DNA from: Plasmodiophora brassicae
Lineage: Eukaryota
Direction of reading: 5' to 3'
Assembly (NCBI GenBank): GCA_036867785.1
Contig: CP145409.1
Span: forward strand, 186,001-250,000
Length of the DNA stretch: 64,000 nt
Shown: positions 12,519-25,539 of the stretch, in pieces
How the letters are laid out: each line of letters starts with the position of its first letter
Position numbering within the stretch: position 1 is the first letter of the stretch
Position numbers and translations under genes: made by a program
Notes under the pieces: generated by a model
What the model saw: the letters and a program-made list of their open reading frames with translations, nothing else
The model's database searches: none
What the model was told of the DNA's origin: nothing

Positions 12519-13007
12519 ATGGCGTCCGTTCAGGTCTGCGTCAACGACCACATCGTCCGGTCGGCCAGCGATGGCAACATCCAGGCGCTGGCCTACAGGA
12601 GGGCAACAACGGTGAGCAACCAGCCGCCACCGCCGAATTGGGCGCGAGAAAAGGCGACGTCAGCGCCCGCAGTGGTCGAACCGGTCCGGCATCGACGCGT
12701 CCAGGAGTTACGGGTGGAGATCCCGGCGTACGGTCCACCGTCGATCCTGAAGCCTCAGTCGCCGTCGCGAAGCCGAGCTGGATCCCCGTCGTCGAGGCGT
12801 GTATCATTCAGCGACGAACGTGGATTCAGTCTGACGTCGTACTCTCCGGGACCCGGTAGGCAGCCGTCTCCAGAGCAAAGGCCACCAGTAACGTCTCCCG
12901 GCGGCGGTCGACAAGACACGTGGAAGCGATCCCATCGGCCATCAACGCCCAGGTATGTGCCGATAACGCCACCGCGCGACGTCAACCTCTGCTGCACGAT
13001 CCTGTGA
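12519..13007 (+). CDS. Small Pro/Ser-rich protein with SILK and RVxF motifs and C-terminal CCTIL (CaaX)
   Basis: Open frame ending NLCCTIL-stop; SILK at 12741-12752, RRVSF at 12795-12809. Confidence 0.6.
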   Translation: MASVQVCVNDHIVRSASDGNIQALAYRRATTVSNQPPPPNWAREKATSAPAVVEPVRHRRVQELRVEIPAYGPPSILKPQSPSRSRAGSPSSRRVSFSDERGFSLTSYSPGPGRQPSPEQRPPVTSPGGGRQDTWKRSHRPSTPRYVPITPPRDVNLCCTIL

Positions 13008-13504
13008 GCAATTATAATTAGCAACGCGGCCGTTTCATTGTATCACTACAGTAATATATGGTGTATTGATGGAAATCTGCCCGGTGCACAACGCGGCGCG
13101 TCCGCACTGTCAATTGACCACTCACGACGTGGAGGTTTCCAACCAGTCGGCGAAGCGGACCTCGACAACACCTTTACCGAGCCGAGCGGAAGCCCTCCCG
13201 GGGGCAAAATGAGGGACAGGCTTGGGGGGACCATTGCTGTTTTTGCAGGTTTCACTGCTCCGAGCGAAAACGCGGCAGCAGTGCGGCAGCCCCCTCCTCC
13301 CGAACCTGCGGCTGTCTTAGCTGCTCCATGCTGATAACAACGAATACGAAGGTGCAATCGTTGCCTACTGGGTCCTGTATTGGACATCTTCCGGGAGGTA
13401 GTGTTCCTAGGAAGGCAATGTACGATGGCCGGACGCCTTGACCTGAGGAGGGGCTCCACAACAGTACGGGGGAAATACGATCACCTCTATTTGACAAGGT
13501 TGTT

Positions 13505-16500
13505 TTATAGATACCAGTTAAATGAGGCGAACGCGGTGCCGAGCGGGACGAGGTGTTCGTTGAGATCGTACGACTTTGATGGCACAGGCAGGCGCTGCAG
13601 AGCGCTGCGTATCGATCGTGCCGATTGCTGGTCGACGCACCAGTCCCGCGCCCGGCGCACCTCGTCGGCATCGACGGTGGATGCCCTACTGGCAGCGGGC
13701 ACACCGTCCTTGATAGCGTTCGAGATCCGGAGCGGCAGCACTAGCAGCGCTGGCAGGAAGAACGTCGTCCCTCGCTTCCCGCGCGTCAGGTCCAGACAGC
13801 ATTCGAACGCGCGCTTGAACAGGTTGTCCCGGTGCTCAGCGTCGGCGGCGACATGCCCGACGTCGTCGACAAAGTCGTTGAACGTGTCGATCAGGGCGGA
13901 CGCGTAGATCAGCGCGGCGTGCTTGTCCCGGCGGCTCTTGACACAGTTGTAGTAGGCGGCGTCGAGCTCGTCCCAGTTGTGCAGCGACTTGGCCAGCAGG
14001 ACGAACGCCATCAGGCAATCGTCATCGGCCGTGTCCAGCGCCGCGTCGTAGCACAGCGCCCGAACGAATTCGCCGTCGGTGGCGTCCGGTGCCAGCGACC
14101 CGCGCCGCGCCCGTGCCTTACGTTGCCGCGTCTTGTCTGACGCGAACCGCCCGACCTCGTTCAACGCATCCTGCCTATCGACGACGTCGTACTCCAGGGC
14201 CAGCTGCGCCAGACGCAACGCTGGGCGGAACGCGTCGCTGTCGACCTGGCAGCAGTGCAGGAACGATTTCGCCACATCCTGCACCAGCGATCGCAGGTCG
14301 GACACGGCCGTGCGCTCGAACGGGAACCGGTTCAGCAGGTCCCAGTCGGGGTCCTCGCTCTGCCCGATTCGCAGACGTGTTGCATGCAGAGCGTACAGGG
14401 CATCGGGGATCGTCGTGGAGGCACGGGCGTAGTGCTCCAGCAGGTGGGCATTGTGCACGCCGCCTACGCCAGACTCGTACTCGATGGTGAGGGCGCGCAG
14501 GAAGGCCACTCGCGGCGACTCTGCACCAATACGATCAAGGGCTCGGGACAAACGACGCCCTTGATCGTTGAGCGCGTCGTACGGTTTGCCCGATCGGCGA
14601 AGAGCACTGGCGAATTCCAGCAGGCGAAGGTCGATGACGGCAACGTTCATCAGCGTAGCAGGCCGCGTGATGCAGAGCGTCGACGGGTCGTGCAGAACGT
14701 TGAACTCGGGGATCGAATCGCATTGCGACTCGATGAGGCGCAGCGTACGATGCAGGCACCGCCGGGCGTGAAACAATGGCGCCAACTGATGCTGCAGATC
14801 GTCACCAGCGTCGGCGACGCTGGCATGGACGCCGCTGAGGAACGAGTTGCACTGGGCGATGAACGTCCACGCCAACCGATGCCAGGAGCGTATCCTGAGC
14901 GGGTGAAGGCGAACATCAGCCTGCAGGAGCTCGCACGACAGTTTGACATCGTCAAGAGACGCGGCGGGCACGCGAGTGGCGAACGAGCACAAGGACAGGT
15001 CGTCAACGAGACGCCCGCCGAACACATCGTAGAACCGATCGTACAGCGCGTCGTTGCCGTTGTGCATAACCAGCGGCGGCGGTTCGGCGCCTGACTCCAG
15101 AAACGCCTTGACAAAGTCGTCAGGCGGGTGCAGGCCGGGTGGCAGGCCGACCGGCTTCCTCAGCGCTTGCAGCAGGTCCAGGACGCGACCGGCGAGCTCG
15201 TCCGCGTCCGCGGCGCGCTTGCTCGCTTTCGGGAAGTACCGTTGGACGTCTTGCGAATACTCGAACAGTCGTGCGGTTACGCTAGGTGACCGGGCGTCTT
15301 CGCCCAAGTCGATGGCGTCATCGGCGTTGCCGTGTCGGGCATGTCGGGGATCCACTCGGCCGTACAGACAGGCGTAACAGGCGCCGACTTGGAATACACG
15401 TCGCGCCTCGACGTACTCCTGGGCGAACCCGTCGCATTCGTCGTCGTCGTGCGGGAGTAGGATGTCGTCCAACCCCCTGTGCAGGTAAAACGCCTGTCGT
15501 GCGCGGCACGCGTCACGATCGGCCAGGCACGCATGCCCAGCGCCGAACAACGCGTACCGGGCGAGCGGGTCGTGCTTCAGGTTGGGGTCCAGTGTCGATG
15601 CGGTGACGACCAGGGCGACGGATGCGATGGCGAGAAAGTCGCCAGGAAGACGCTGTGTCGTTGCAGAAGCAACGCAACGGCACAGCGCATGAATGAGGGG
15701 CCGCCCAAGCCGGTCTGGAACGGTGCAGCTGTCAGCATCGTCAGCCCCGATGCTATCGATTACGGCGATCCATCGGAGAAGATCGCCGGCAAGAGCAGCG
15801 GGACCGGGGACTGGCGCGTGAATGACAGGCGAGACTTCGGCAGCGATAAGACGGGCCAGCGTGTACCGTACGAGCTTGGCATTGGCGGTGGCGCCGAGCA
15901 TGGTACGAAATGCAGAGGTCTGAACGGCTGCCGGAATGCCAGCCCAGTCTGAGGCATCGTCCATGATCGACGCTGACAGCGATTCGACTGCTTCTGGGTC
16001 GGGTTTCGTCACGAATGACTCGCAGAGATCCCACAGGCGAAGCGTCTCTAGTTTAGAGCGAACCGTGTCGGGCGAGATCGTACCGTCATGCCGACAATAT
16101 GGCCGCAGGACGATTGCAGAATGCGACGTCATCGCCCTCATGCACTGGTGGAACTGCTCCCGTGCCACGAGGCGTCTCTGATGGGCCATGGACCATTGGC
16201 CCGAAAGCCAGGCAATTCGAAGCGAAACGTCAGGGGGCACGGCGCCAAGACTGTAAGGTATTAAATGCACGAGATGATCAGCTTCAACCATCGCAGCATC
16301 GCAATTGGCACCGCTATCAGCCAAGCAGCGGTAATGGTCGAACCGGAGTTCAGCGCCAAGAACGAGGTCTCGTGCGTCGCTCAGGGGCACCGAGGAGTGA
16401 CTGTTTGCATCGAACAGGGCCATCAGGCGTTTGCTGGTGATGCCGGCAGGCATTTCTCTTGCAACATGCGACCATAGGCGACGACAGACGTCAGCAATGC

Positions 16501-17905
16501 CGCTGTTGCCAGTGTTGACGCGATTGAGAAACGCTCCAATGCCGTCAACGTGACCGACGTTCTCCTGGCAAGGACTCAAAGCAACGGGAGACGGCGGTGC
16601 TGACGTGTCCTCGCAGAAGTTGAGGACGCCTTCAGCGGAGAGGGAAACCGATTCTCTGGGGGTGGCCCGTTCCAAGAATGCCAGCCAGACAGGTGCCACG
16701 TTTGACGATGCTGATGATGATCCCTCGTCGCTGCTGTCTTCATCGTCGTTGTCATCGGAGGAGCCCGCTTCGCCAGTCGCAGAAGCGTCATCTCGTGACG
16801 ATCGAAGGCTTCGCTTCATATCCCCGTGATCATCGCGATGCCCGACAGTCGACAAATCAGGAGTACCAGGCAATACCAAGTCCATGGGTGGATGCTTGTT
16901 GTAACCGGCCTGTTGGCATGACTCGTCTGCCATGGTAGGGGGTGATGATGGCTGGGCCATCGGAACGGCATCAGTGAACCGCATGGCAATTCGAACAGGA
17001 ATTGCCAACGATTCCTCCTGGGTAGACTCTAACGCGAGACGTCATTGAAGAATGTGTCATAGAGCCAACCGCGAGAAGCATACCTTTGCCAGCCAGCAAC
17101 TCAAGCTGCTCAACCACAAACTCGATGAAGGCATCCCATGTAGCCAGGTCATCGTTGTCAACGTCCCAAACGATGTCCAACGGCGCCAACATCGCCGGCT
17201 CTACTTCTTCCATGTCCACGCGTCGCCGTTTCGAGAAACGGAGGTCGCCTACGTCGATATCGTCCAGACGTGGCACGACTGCCGACAACGAGCCGAAATT
17301 GGTCGGCCTCCACAACCGCTGTTGCAAGGCGCTCGCGTACGTGAACGCTCGACGGTACGCGTACTCGTCTGCACAATCAACCAGAACGTCGAGTAGCGTC
17401 TCCAAAGCCAGAACGTCATCGGGATCCAAAGCCAGACACCGTTCCAGACACTGCCTCGACAGCGCCAGCAGCTCGAGGTCTCGAGCGCATCGGGCGATCT
17501 GCATCAGCAGCCCTGGATCTGCATCGAACCACGTTAGGAAACGTCGGCACGCGAGGCGACCAGTTGAACAGAGTACGAACCTGCCCATCCGCCCATTTCG
17601 GTTTCCGCCGCGCGTATCAGACAGTTGAGGCCCGATGGTAATCGCCCGACCGTTACGCGTAGCGACCCCAGGTTCCTCAGGGTAAGCGCTTTCAGGTGGC
17701 GCACCGACGGTGGGATGTCGGCGGAATCGCTGCCAAGAAGGCCGTGACGAAGGATGGACTCGTAGCGCTGCTCGGCGGCATCCAGGGCCCCGTCGGCGTT
17801 CAGCCGCAGGGCCCGCTCGTACTCGGCCCGCAGGTCGGCCATGGCGTGCTCCAGGCCGCCCTCGCCGGCGGCGACCGGGCGGCCGAACGCAGCGAATTGC
17901 GCCAT
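13505..17905 (-). CDS. CABIN1/Hir3-like TPR protein (HIRA complex), multi-exon; may splice on to an exon ending at 13046
   Basis: N-terminus MAQFAAF...EYERALRL...AEQRYESIL...LKALTLRNLGSL, TPR-like LALSRQCLERCLALDPDDVLALETL, and a 1167-codon exon with LQADVRLHPLRIRSWHRLA. Confidence 0.7.
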
Positions 17906-19127
17906 GGCGACGACCGGGCGACCGGCCGCACGATACGGCGCCGGTTCCGAATAACCCGCACGGCTGCAGAGCGCATGGAGGGCCACCCAGTGTCAATACA
18001 CCGATGCGTTCGCCTGAATCCGACCGTGACGTCTGCACCATGTGGTGGAAATCGGCCACGTATGTCTGCATGTTCGACGCCCTGGAGCGTATGCCTGACA
18101 GGGATTCATTAGTCGGCCCTGGCATTTCACGACGGTGTCGGCAGTGTTTGGGCCTAACGGGAAAGCCGCGTCGACACTTGCGCAGTTCGTTTCGCCGACA
18201 GGTGCGCTTGCCTCTCCTCGCCATGGGCTCGGGGGGAGCAGCACCAAGGTTGCTGACAGCTTCGCAGTCAGTCGGTGTCCTCGACCGCCTATCGGCCCAC
18301 TCCACTGGGGCGGTCAGCGGGCGTGCTTCACGACCAACATAACGATAACGCTGTTGTTCGTACAATACAGGGCACTAGCTTAACACATGACGATAGCACG
18401 ACGATATTTGCAATAGGCAAGCGTGGCTGTCTAGTCATATTCAAAGCTCGGCATCGGCAAGCTTGTTTACAGCAGCTGTTCGGCTGTTCCTCCAAATCCA
18501 GGAACGGCGGTCGCGCGCGTTCTCGGTCCGGGGTCCGGAATCGTGTCGTTGTCTATTCGATCATGGTCCGTGTGTCGAACAACATGTTTGGACTAGGGCT
18601 TATTGTAGGACGCGATGCCTACGACTGCCAGACTGCGCGTATGCTGACAATGGCAGCCATAGGGACTCGCAGGGTTGGCGTTCGCGTACCCCTACTATTT
18701 CATCAAATCGAAGCTCAGCAACGGTCCTGATCGTCGCCAGTACAGCTCCATCAACTCCCAAAAGAAGGTGGCCCTGCCCGATGAGTAACGACCGTACTTT
18801 GTCGCACAGAGCGCCGCAAGCCATGGTGGAAGTCACATCGTTCCATAAATGGGTTGGGATCGGTCGAAACGGGTGGACAGGAGGGGAGGGGGCGCACAGT
18901 GAACGGATTACTTCGGTATGGTAGATTCCAAAGCTGTATGATTGTGGAGGATAGATAAAATAGTACGGATGTGCAACCTCGAAATGCCCAGTGGGCATGC
19001 CATTGAGGGTGGATGTCATCCGCAGTGATCATCGGTACTCAGGCTAGCACGAACAAGAAGGCCACTGCCCATATTGGCAGCTGTGAACGCGCAGCGACGT
19101 ATTCATTGATTAAGACATTGCTCGGGT

Positions 19128-20390
19128 CTAGTCTTCGTACAGTTTTCGGATCTGCTGCTCAGTGCATGGCATATTCGAGACAGGGCACGTGCCGTGCTGA
19201 CGAACATGCCGGAAGATGCAGAGCCAGCAGAAGACGAATCCAGACGGCGTGCACGCCGGGTTCGCTCGCGGTTGCCTGCAAATAGGGCACGTTTGTACCA
19301 TTGGTGGGAGTGTATGCAAGGCAGCAGGCGAAGGCTGTGGCACAGGCGGTGGTGGAGGGACAGGAAGCGACTGTGAGACGAATTAGCATTAAGCAGTCGA
19401 GGCATGCATTTCATAACGCGCTTCAGTCCAACCTTGACCGGGTTTAGGGTTGACTCAGAAGCATACCACCACTGCAAGCAATGCGTATCAGCGACACACA
19501 TCAACTTCGATGACAAATGTCGAGATTACTTCGAGGATCTTGAAAACGAAGATGCTACCAAGCAGCATCCACTTGAAGTATTTAGCAAACAGAAGTACGA
19601 CTCGTTGAAACAGGCGAACGGGAAGCCATTGCGAATCACTCTAAGAAATCGGCACAGTCAGACGACCTTCTTAGACAACTGCCATGCAACACCAAACAGA
19701 TGATAGACTCTCAGGCTTCATCTGCACATAGTCTTGCATTGACATTCGTACGATCTTGACACGAATCAGGTGCAGCAAGGGCGAGTAAAACTGAGTCTTG
19801 CCGAACATAAACAGTATATGGTACATCAGGACCGTCCCCTCATATACGGATTTGATATAAGGATAAAATTTCAGGAAAAGTGGCAAAAGGCGACGTATTG
19901 TGGGAGGCTAAACAACGTTATAGCATTCAGACCCTTTAGGTGATTAACCGTTCGTCACGCGCGTACTTACCAGGCGAGATGCAAAGTCGATATCTTCTGG
20001 CATTGGGTCAGCCTGCCTTTCGTAGAATTCGTCAATCTTCGCCTTCAGATAGGGAAATCCAACCAGCATAGCAAGCGATCGGTATCGATACGATGTACGC
20101 AACGGGGATCCATCGGCAGCAACCCGTTTGAGGCCGTAGAAATTCTCTGAGAACGATCCGTCGTGCTCCGAGAGATAATGGTTTTCGAGGAAAAAGTGCA
20201 ATGCAGTGAAGGCTTCATCGTCGAACCGCCCCAGTGTCGACAGCCGATGATTTCGCAGCACCATCGCCTGCAGCAGCGATTTGAACGCGGGCCGTAGGCC
20301 GCCAATGAGGTGCGACTGCGCCATCATCTCGAAGAACGATGGGCGCGCATCGTCGCTGCCCAACACCAAATTTGTCAGGAACATGCTCAT
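19128..20390 (-). CDS. PEX12: Peroxin-12 (RING peroxin), multi-exon
   Basis: RPSFFEMMAQ...LRPAF, SFSENFYGLKR, PYLKAKID, YSPLLHL, C-terminal RING CPICRQPRANP...SGFVFCWLCI...CPVS. Confidence 0.93.
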
Positions 20391-21556
20391 ACAGCTGTCG
20401 TCCGATCTCGCGTCGCGCCCTCAACCAGTCAACCGTCGCCAACGCAGTCGCGTGTGGATCGAAACTGCGCATCGTGCTCCGGGAAGCCGTCCTTCGCGCG
20501 CAACCGCCCAACCAGGATATGTTAGTCAGATGCGTGTCTTATGGTGAGGATACGAATCCCGGGGCATGCTCCATCGCAAGATGGCCAGGATGGTTCCTCA
20601 GCGCGTGACTCCACATGGCCGTCTCTGCCTCCATCGGTTCATTACCAAGCGCCAACACCGCCGGGACAGTGCTGACAGCTGGGGCCGATGTCATGGGCAA
20701 TCGATCGACCAGCGTCATCAACAGCAAAGAGTATATCGGGACGTGCAGCAAGTTGCCACTGGCCAGTGCAGCCAGGCAACAAGAGCGGGAGACCGTAACG
20801 TGAAGATCGACAGTTAGGGAAAGGCTGGAATACAAGACGTCGGGCTAACGAAGAAGATCAGTTTGCCCATAATCGTACGTTGCTCTTGGAAGCTTTCTTT
20901 GAACAACTCATCCAGAGGAGGCAAACTATCAGAAGCCGCAAGGGTGTAGAACAATTTGATCGTCGCAATGTTTCGCGAATCGGGTCGTCCTTTGGAGAAC
21001 GTAAATGACAGGTTCCAGGAGCGTCTGACACGCCTTGTTGTGGTAGTAGAAAAGGACCCATTCCGCAGACTGGTGCCGACAAGAATACGGTGCCGGATAC
21101 CAATATGTCGTAGGAGACGAAGTTTGAAAGGCCTTTGGCAGCGGATACGAAAGGAATTGCCAATGCTCTCATGATTGTTTTCAGCAGACTCACCTTCGTG
21201 AACCGTTTGAGCGAGGCGAACGCGATGCCAGCGCGTGTCAGCTTTTCGATACGGACGTCGATCGGCACCCGGGTCAATGCTGTATTCGGGCAATGACTCG
21301 GTTGTAACCATTGGTCGTTATCTCAGAAGACAGGTCTGGCAGAGACTGCGACCATGGCGTTGCAGCAGATGCAAATACGACGATGCCAAATACCTGCAGG
21401 AAACAACGACCACAGCGATGCGTCATCGCACTGACAGACAGTAGGTACTGCGCCTGTCGAGGGTGGCTTCGCGCAGAACTACTCTACAGTACAAGTAGCC
21501 TAGAATAGCACATTCGTTGGGCATCGCATCTCCGCGAAAGGTCGTTGCTGCCTGCG

Positions 21557-24101
21557 ATGGCTGGTCGTGTCGTCGGGCGCCATGCGCCGCTCCTCTCTGC
21601 TGCCGTCGCACTCATCTGCGTTGCGACGACCTGGTCCCAGTTCCTGCCAGATCTACCGCCCGAGATCCAAGCCAAGATCGTATCAGAGCTGCCCAGGCCC
21701 GACCTGATTCGAGCCGCGTCCGTATCGAAGACCTGGCGCGCCGTTCTCCAACAGCTTCTTCACCGGTCTATCGTCATGAATCTCGACAAGGTGACGTCCG
21801 ATAGCGACGTCGCCCGTCTGGTTGCAATGGTGAATCGGATGCGCGCTGATGACCGACGTCGACTTGGAGCCGCGTTCGACTCGTTGCGGCCGTGTCCGAA
21901 AACCAAACTGCTCGCCCGGGTCGTGAAAGCGTTGACGAGGTGCTCTATGTCTGCTGCCAAGGCAAAGAGCATCATCCGTCTCCTGCGTCGCATTGGCATC
22001 CCGTCCAGTGTTCTTGCCGGCGTTTTCTTGAAGAAGGGGGTCATTGTTTCTCATGCGGTGTCTTCGAGACGTACCAAAAGCTTGTGGAAATCCTTTCTTG
22101 CCAGCGTTCCGGCGGGCGATCCAACTCGCCAGCAACTGTCACGCGTCGCTGCTTGGCCATCTATCCCGGATGGGACTCCTTTCAGTGAAGCGGAGAGTAC
22201 AATGTTCGAGTCGTGGTCCCTTGCAGATGACGACCGCCGCAAGTTCCTGATCCTGCACGGGTTCGACTGCAACACGTTGGTGCCCAGACTGCGTCCAGTG
22301 GACTTCGGCCACCTCTTTCGACGATTTGGGTTCCTGCCCGATGCGCGTGTCATGCTGCTGGAGCTGTCCCTGGAGGCGCGAGTCGCTGTCGTGGATGCGT
22401 TGGTCAAGTACGGCGCGCCAGTGGCCTCTGTTGCGGCATACTTGCCGTTCTCGGACATGATTCACTCAAGTTGTGACACTACCTTGCGGTATGCGCGCCG
22501 TTACCATCCCTTCACCCATTTCGATTACCTGTCCCAGGACCTCATTCTGCTCGTCCTTCGCAAGTGTCCTGACCAGGTATCAGGGGAGTTGCTTCCGTTG
22601 ATTGTGACTAGCAACCAGTTCAAGGGCAAGCCGATTCTGCAACATGCAGGCTACTTTGACCCGCTCGATCTGCTCCGTCGACTGGGTCGCATGTTCTGTC
22701 CTGGGACGCCATTGCTGAACATTCTGGTGGATTACGTTGGCGTTGCGTTCCTCGGTCGGGTGTACGGCGGGGCGCGCCTCCCATTGCCAGCTGTTTACAC
22801 CACCCACCAGCAGGTCTATGCCCTGTTGTGCCGCCATATCGAGAGCCTACCTCAAGGCGTATCCGTAGCAGATACTGACGACTCCGGGCGTTCATCGTTG
22901 CATGCTCTGGGCGACGCCATTGCCATCACTGGCTGGAAGCCCATATATGGAAACATACTCCTGAAACTCAGCATGCGAACAGGTGCCAGCGCATCGCCAG
23001 ACTTGTTCGCGAAGCGGGATCATCGGTCCCAGACCTTCCTGGACATCGTCAGCGGTAACCTAACCAGTCTCGCCCACTGTATCAAGATGCTGGCGAAATA
23101 CGCGTCGACCGTGTTCTCCAAAGTTGCCCTTCCAGCAAACGTGAACGGCCGCGGTGAGACGATTCTTCACTATCCAGGCTTTTACAAGAGCGGCGTCCTT
23201 CCTCCGGCCGAGTTTGTCCTTAGCCGCCCCGAGCTGCTCGACGTTCTGGATAACGAGGGCCGTTCCGTCCTCCACGTTGCCGTCTCGCGTTCGTGTTACC
23301 GTGCCGTCGAGTGGTACCTGACGGCACGTCCTGGTCTGCTCTTTGTCTGCGATGGCGCTGGTCGCTCGATCCTTCACAACATCGGGCCAGTTGACGACGC
23401 CAACGCGGTATCTGCAACAGATGTGATGGCATTGCAATTCGTAACCATCCCGATGGTCGCCGCGATAGGTGCTGTACCAGTGGATTCGACAGTCGCAAAG
23501 CGACTCCTATTAATTCGGGATCGTAACGGGCAGACGGCGATGGACGTCGCCCTTAGCGAAAGTTCGGCGCCGCACCATAAGGCAAAGCATTCGAACCGAC
23601 AGAATGTTCTGCCCCCGGCTGATCCGGTCGTATGTGTTTCAGGTGGTCATCTTCGACTTGTATCACTATTTCGCTCTCCGGTACCGTGACCTGGGGTTCC
23701 TGGAGATGCTTGCAACAGACGGAGGCCAGCTGCACATGTACACCCTGAACGGCCTACCGGCCGTCCATCAGGCGTATGAGATCATTCGAGTGAAAGGCCT
23801 GGGTATCGGCGCTCTGATCGACTACATGTCCCGGATCCCGACCTGGACGGTGTCCCTAGATCTGTCGGGGAGCACCATCCTGCACGCCGTCTGCTACCAC
23901 GGGACCCATGCCGACATCCAAACCGTGACCGAATTCATGCTGAGAGCGTCCTCCCTGGACTTCGAGACGATGTTGCTAGTGGTGAATTCGTACGGGCACC
24001 GCGCGGATGACCTCGTTCGTCAGCGAATGCAGATGGCCGCTTCTGTGGCGTTCGTGTCGCTTCTCGAAACGTGGTCGACTGTCACACGATCGTCAAACTG
24101 A
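21557..24101 (+). CDS. Predicted signal peptide + F-box + ankyrin-repeat protein
   Basis: Hydrophobic LLSAAVALICVATTWS, then LPDLPPEIQAKIVSELPRPDLIRAASVSKTWRAV (F-box), ankyrin-like GRSSLHAL, GETILHY, GRSVLHVAV, GRSILHN, GQTAMDVA, GSTILHAV; intron about 23582-23642. Confidence 0.8.
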
Positions 24102-24567
24102 TCAGGACAAATCCGGGCCCAGATGAAAGAAACTTGACGCATTGCCCCAATCGTCCTGTCGTCCATTAGCTTCATCTGTGTACGTATCTGTGCACATTTC
24201 TGCACTGGCCGAGCACCAGCGTAGGAAAGAGTCATCAGGAAGGCAGAGGAACACGTAAGGTACCACCCAAGGACGTGAGAGTCTGTGCAAAACCCCTCCT
24301 GACAGGCAGCGCGATACCTGAGCGCCCTGACTTTCGACAGCTTAGTATGGTTCCAATGTAGAACTGGCAGGACCTGGGAACATCCGCGGGTCAGGGGAGC
24401 ACTGGTATTCGATCATTCTGCCCGATGACGGGATGGCTTCTATGGGCCTCGTAACGAACCCGCCCCGACGTCCTCGGCCACGTCCAGCGGGATCCGGATT
24501 GGCGTCGTGATATATCAACTGGTTTGCATCACAGAAACCACCACCAGCGGCGTAGGCCATTGCCGTC

Positions 24568-25309
24568 ATGCTTCCACCACATCTGTTCAGATTAATCTTG
24601 CTCCTGCCGCAGCTTGAATCCGCCCCAGTTTCCGAGCAGCCGGCATCATTCTATTGCATTCCTAATAACGCCTACCGTCACGTCTGTATCCCAGGTCAGC
24701 TGGTTCAAAGCGACGCCCCCAGGGATGAGTGTCGTCGTGTGCCCAGAGACGCTCTCGCCGCGAACCGCTCCGATCGGCCCGCTCGCGCCAGTTGGCAGAA
24801 GCCTTGCTGGGCCGCCGCCTGTCGAGATGGAGGCCCTCGCGAGCCCGAACGCGCTGCCCAGCGAGATGCGCCAGCAGACGTCCACCCAGAGCAAGGACGG
24901 TTTCGTCACGCTCGCGTCAGCTGCTGCACGAATCCCTGAACTTGATGCTCTGCCCACCGAGTCGATCGTTCGGATGGTCAGGATCGGTATCGAGGCCGTG
25001 CGGGACTTGGGGCGGAGGTCGGGACAGCAGGAGGACAAGTTGACGGCCGCGATTGAGCAGCTGAGGAAGAAGGAGGCCAGGGGGTCGAAAGTGAACAAAG
25101 CCGGGTTTGTCCAGTGGATGACCGTCGTGCACCTGGTCCAGGCAGCTGAGACAACGACTTTCGTACACGCCGTCCGGGGCGCGATGAGGAGCGACGATGG
25201 CAAGGAGACAGATGACAACGTCGACAACGGTGGGCCAGAGCGCGCAGCGCTAACGACGGCCACGATCTTACTGGGCAGTATGGCGGCGACTCTGGCCATC
25301 ATGCTGTGA
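24568..25309 (+). CDS. Hypothetical protein with possible signal peptide and hydrophobic C-terminal tail
   Basis: MLPPHLFRLILLLPQLES start and a 231-codon frame ending AALTTATILLGSMAATLAIML; joining them needs a short intron. Confidence 0.35.
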
Positions 25310-25539
25310 CGCTGTTTGCGAGCAACCTGACCAGATCTGGGATTGTGTGTCGCCGTCGTTAACCATTACAGCAGCATCCTGTTGCCTGGCAAACCCCTGC
25401 TCGACAAGCATGGCATGGGACGCCGACCACGATAACAGTAGCTAGTCGTCACGCCATCTCAATTGCATTCCTCATTCGTGCGTCATTGATCAAACACGCG
25501 CGGTCTGTATTTGGGGCACTGGCTTGGGACGTACGACGA

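Noticed and set aside
17950-19100. Possible gene between the CABIN1-like gene and PEX12
   Set aside because: Only short ORFs on both strands without recognisable motifs or a convincing exon chain
20539-21350. Overlapping minus-strand ORFs as a hypothetical gene
   Set aside because: Could not build a coherent spliced model or recognise a domain; left unresolved
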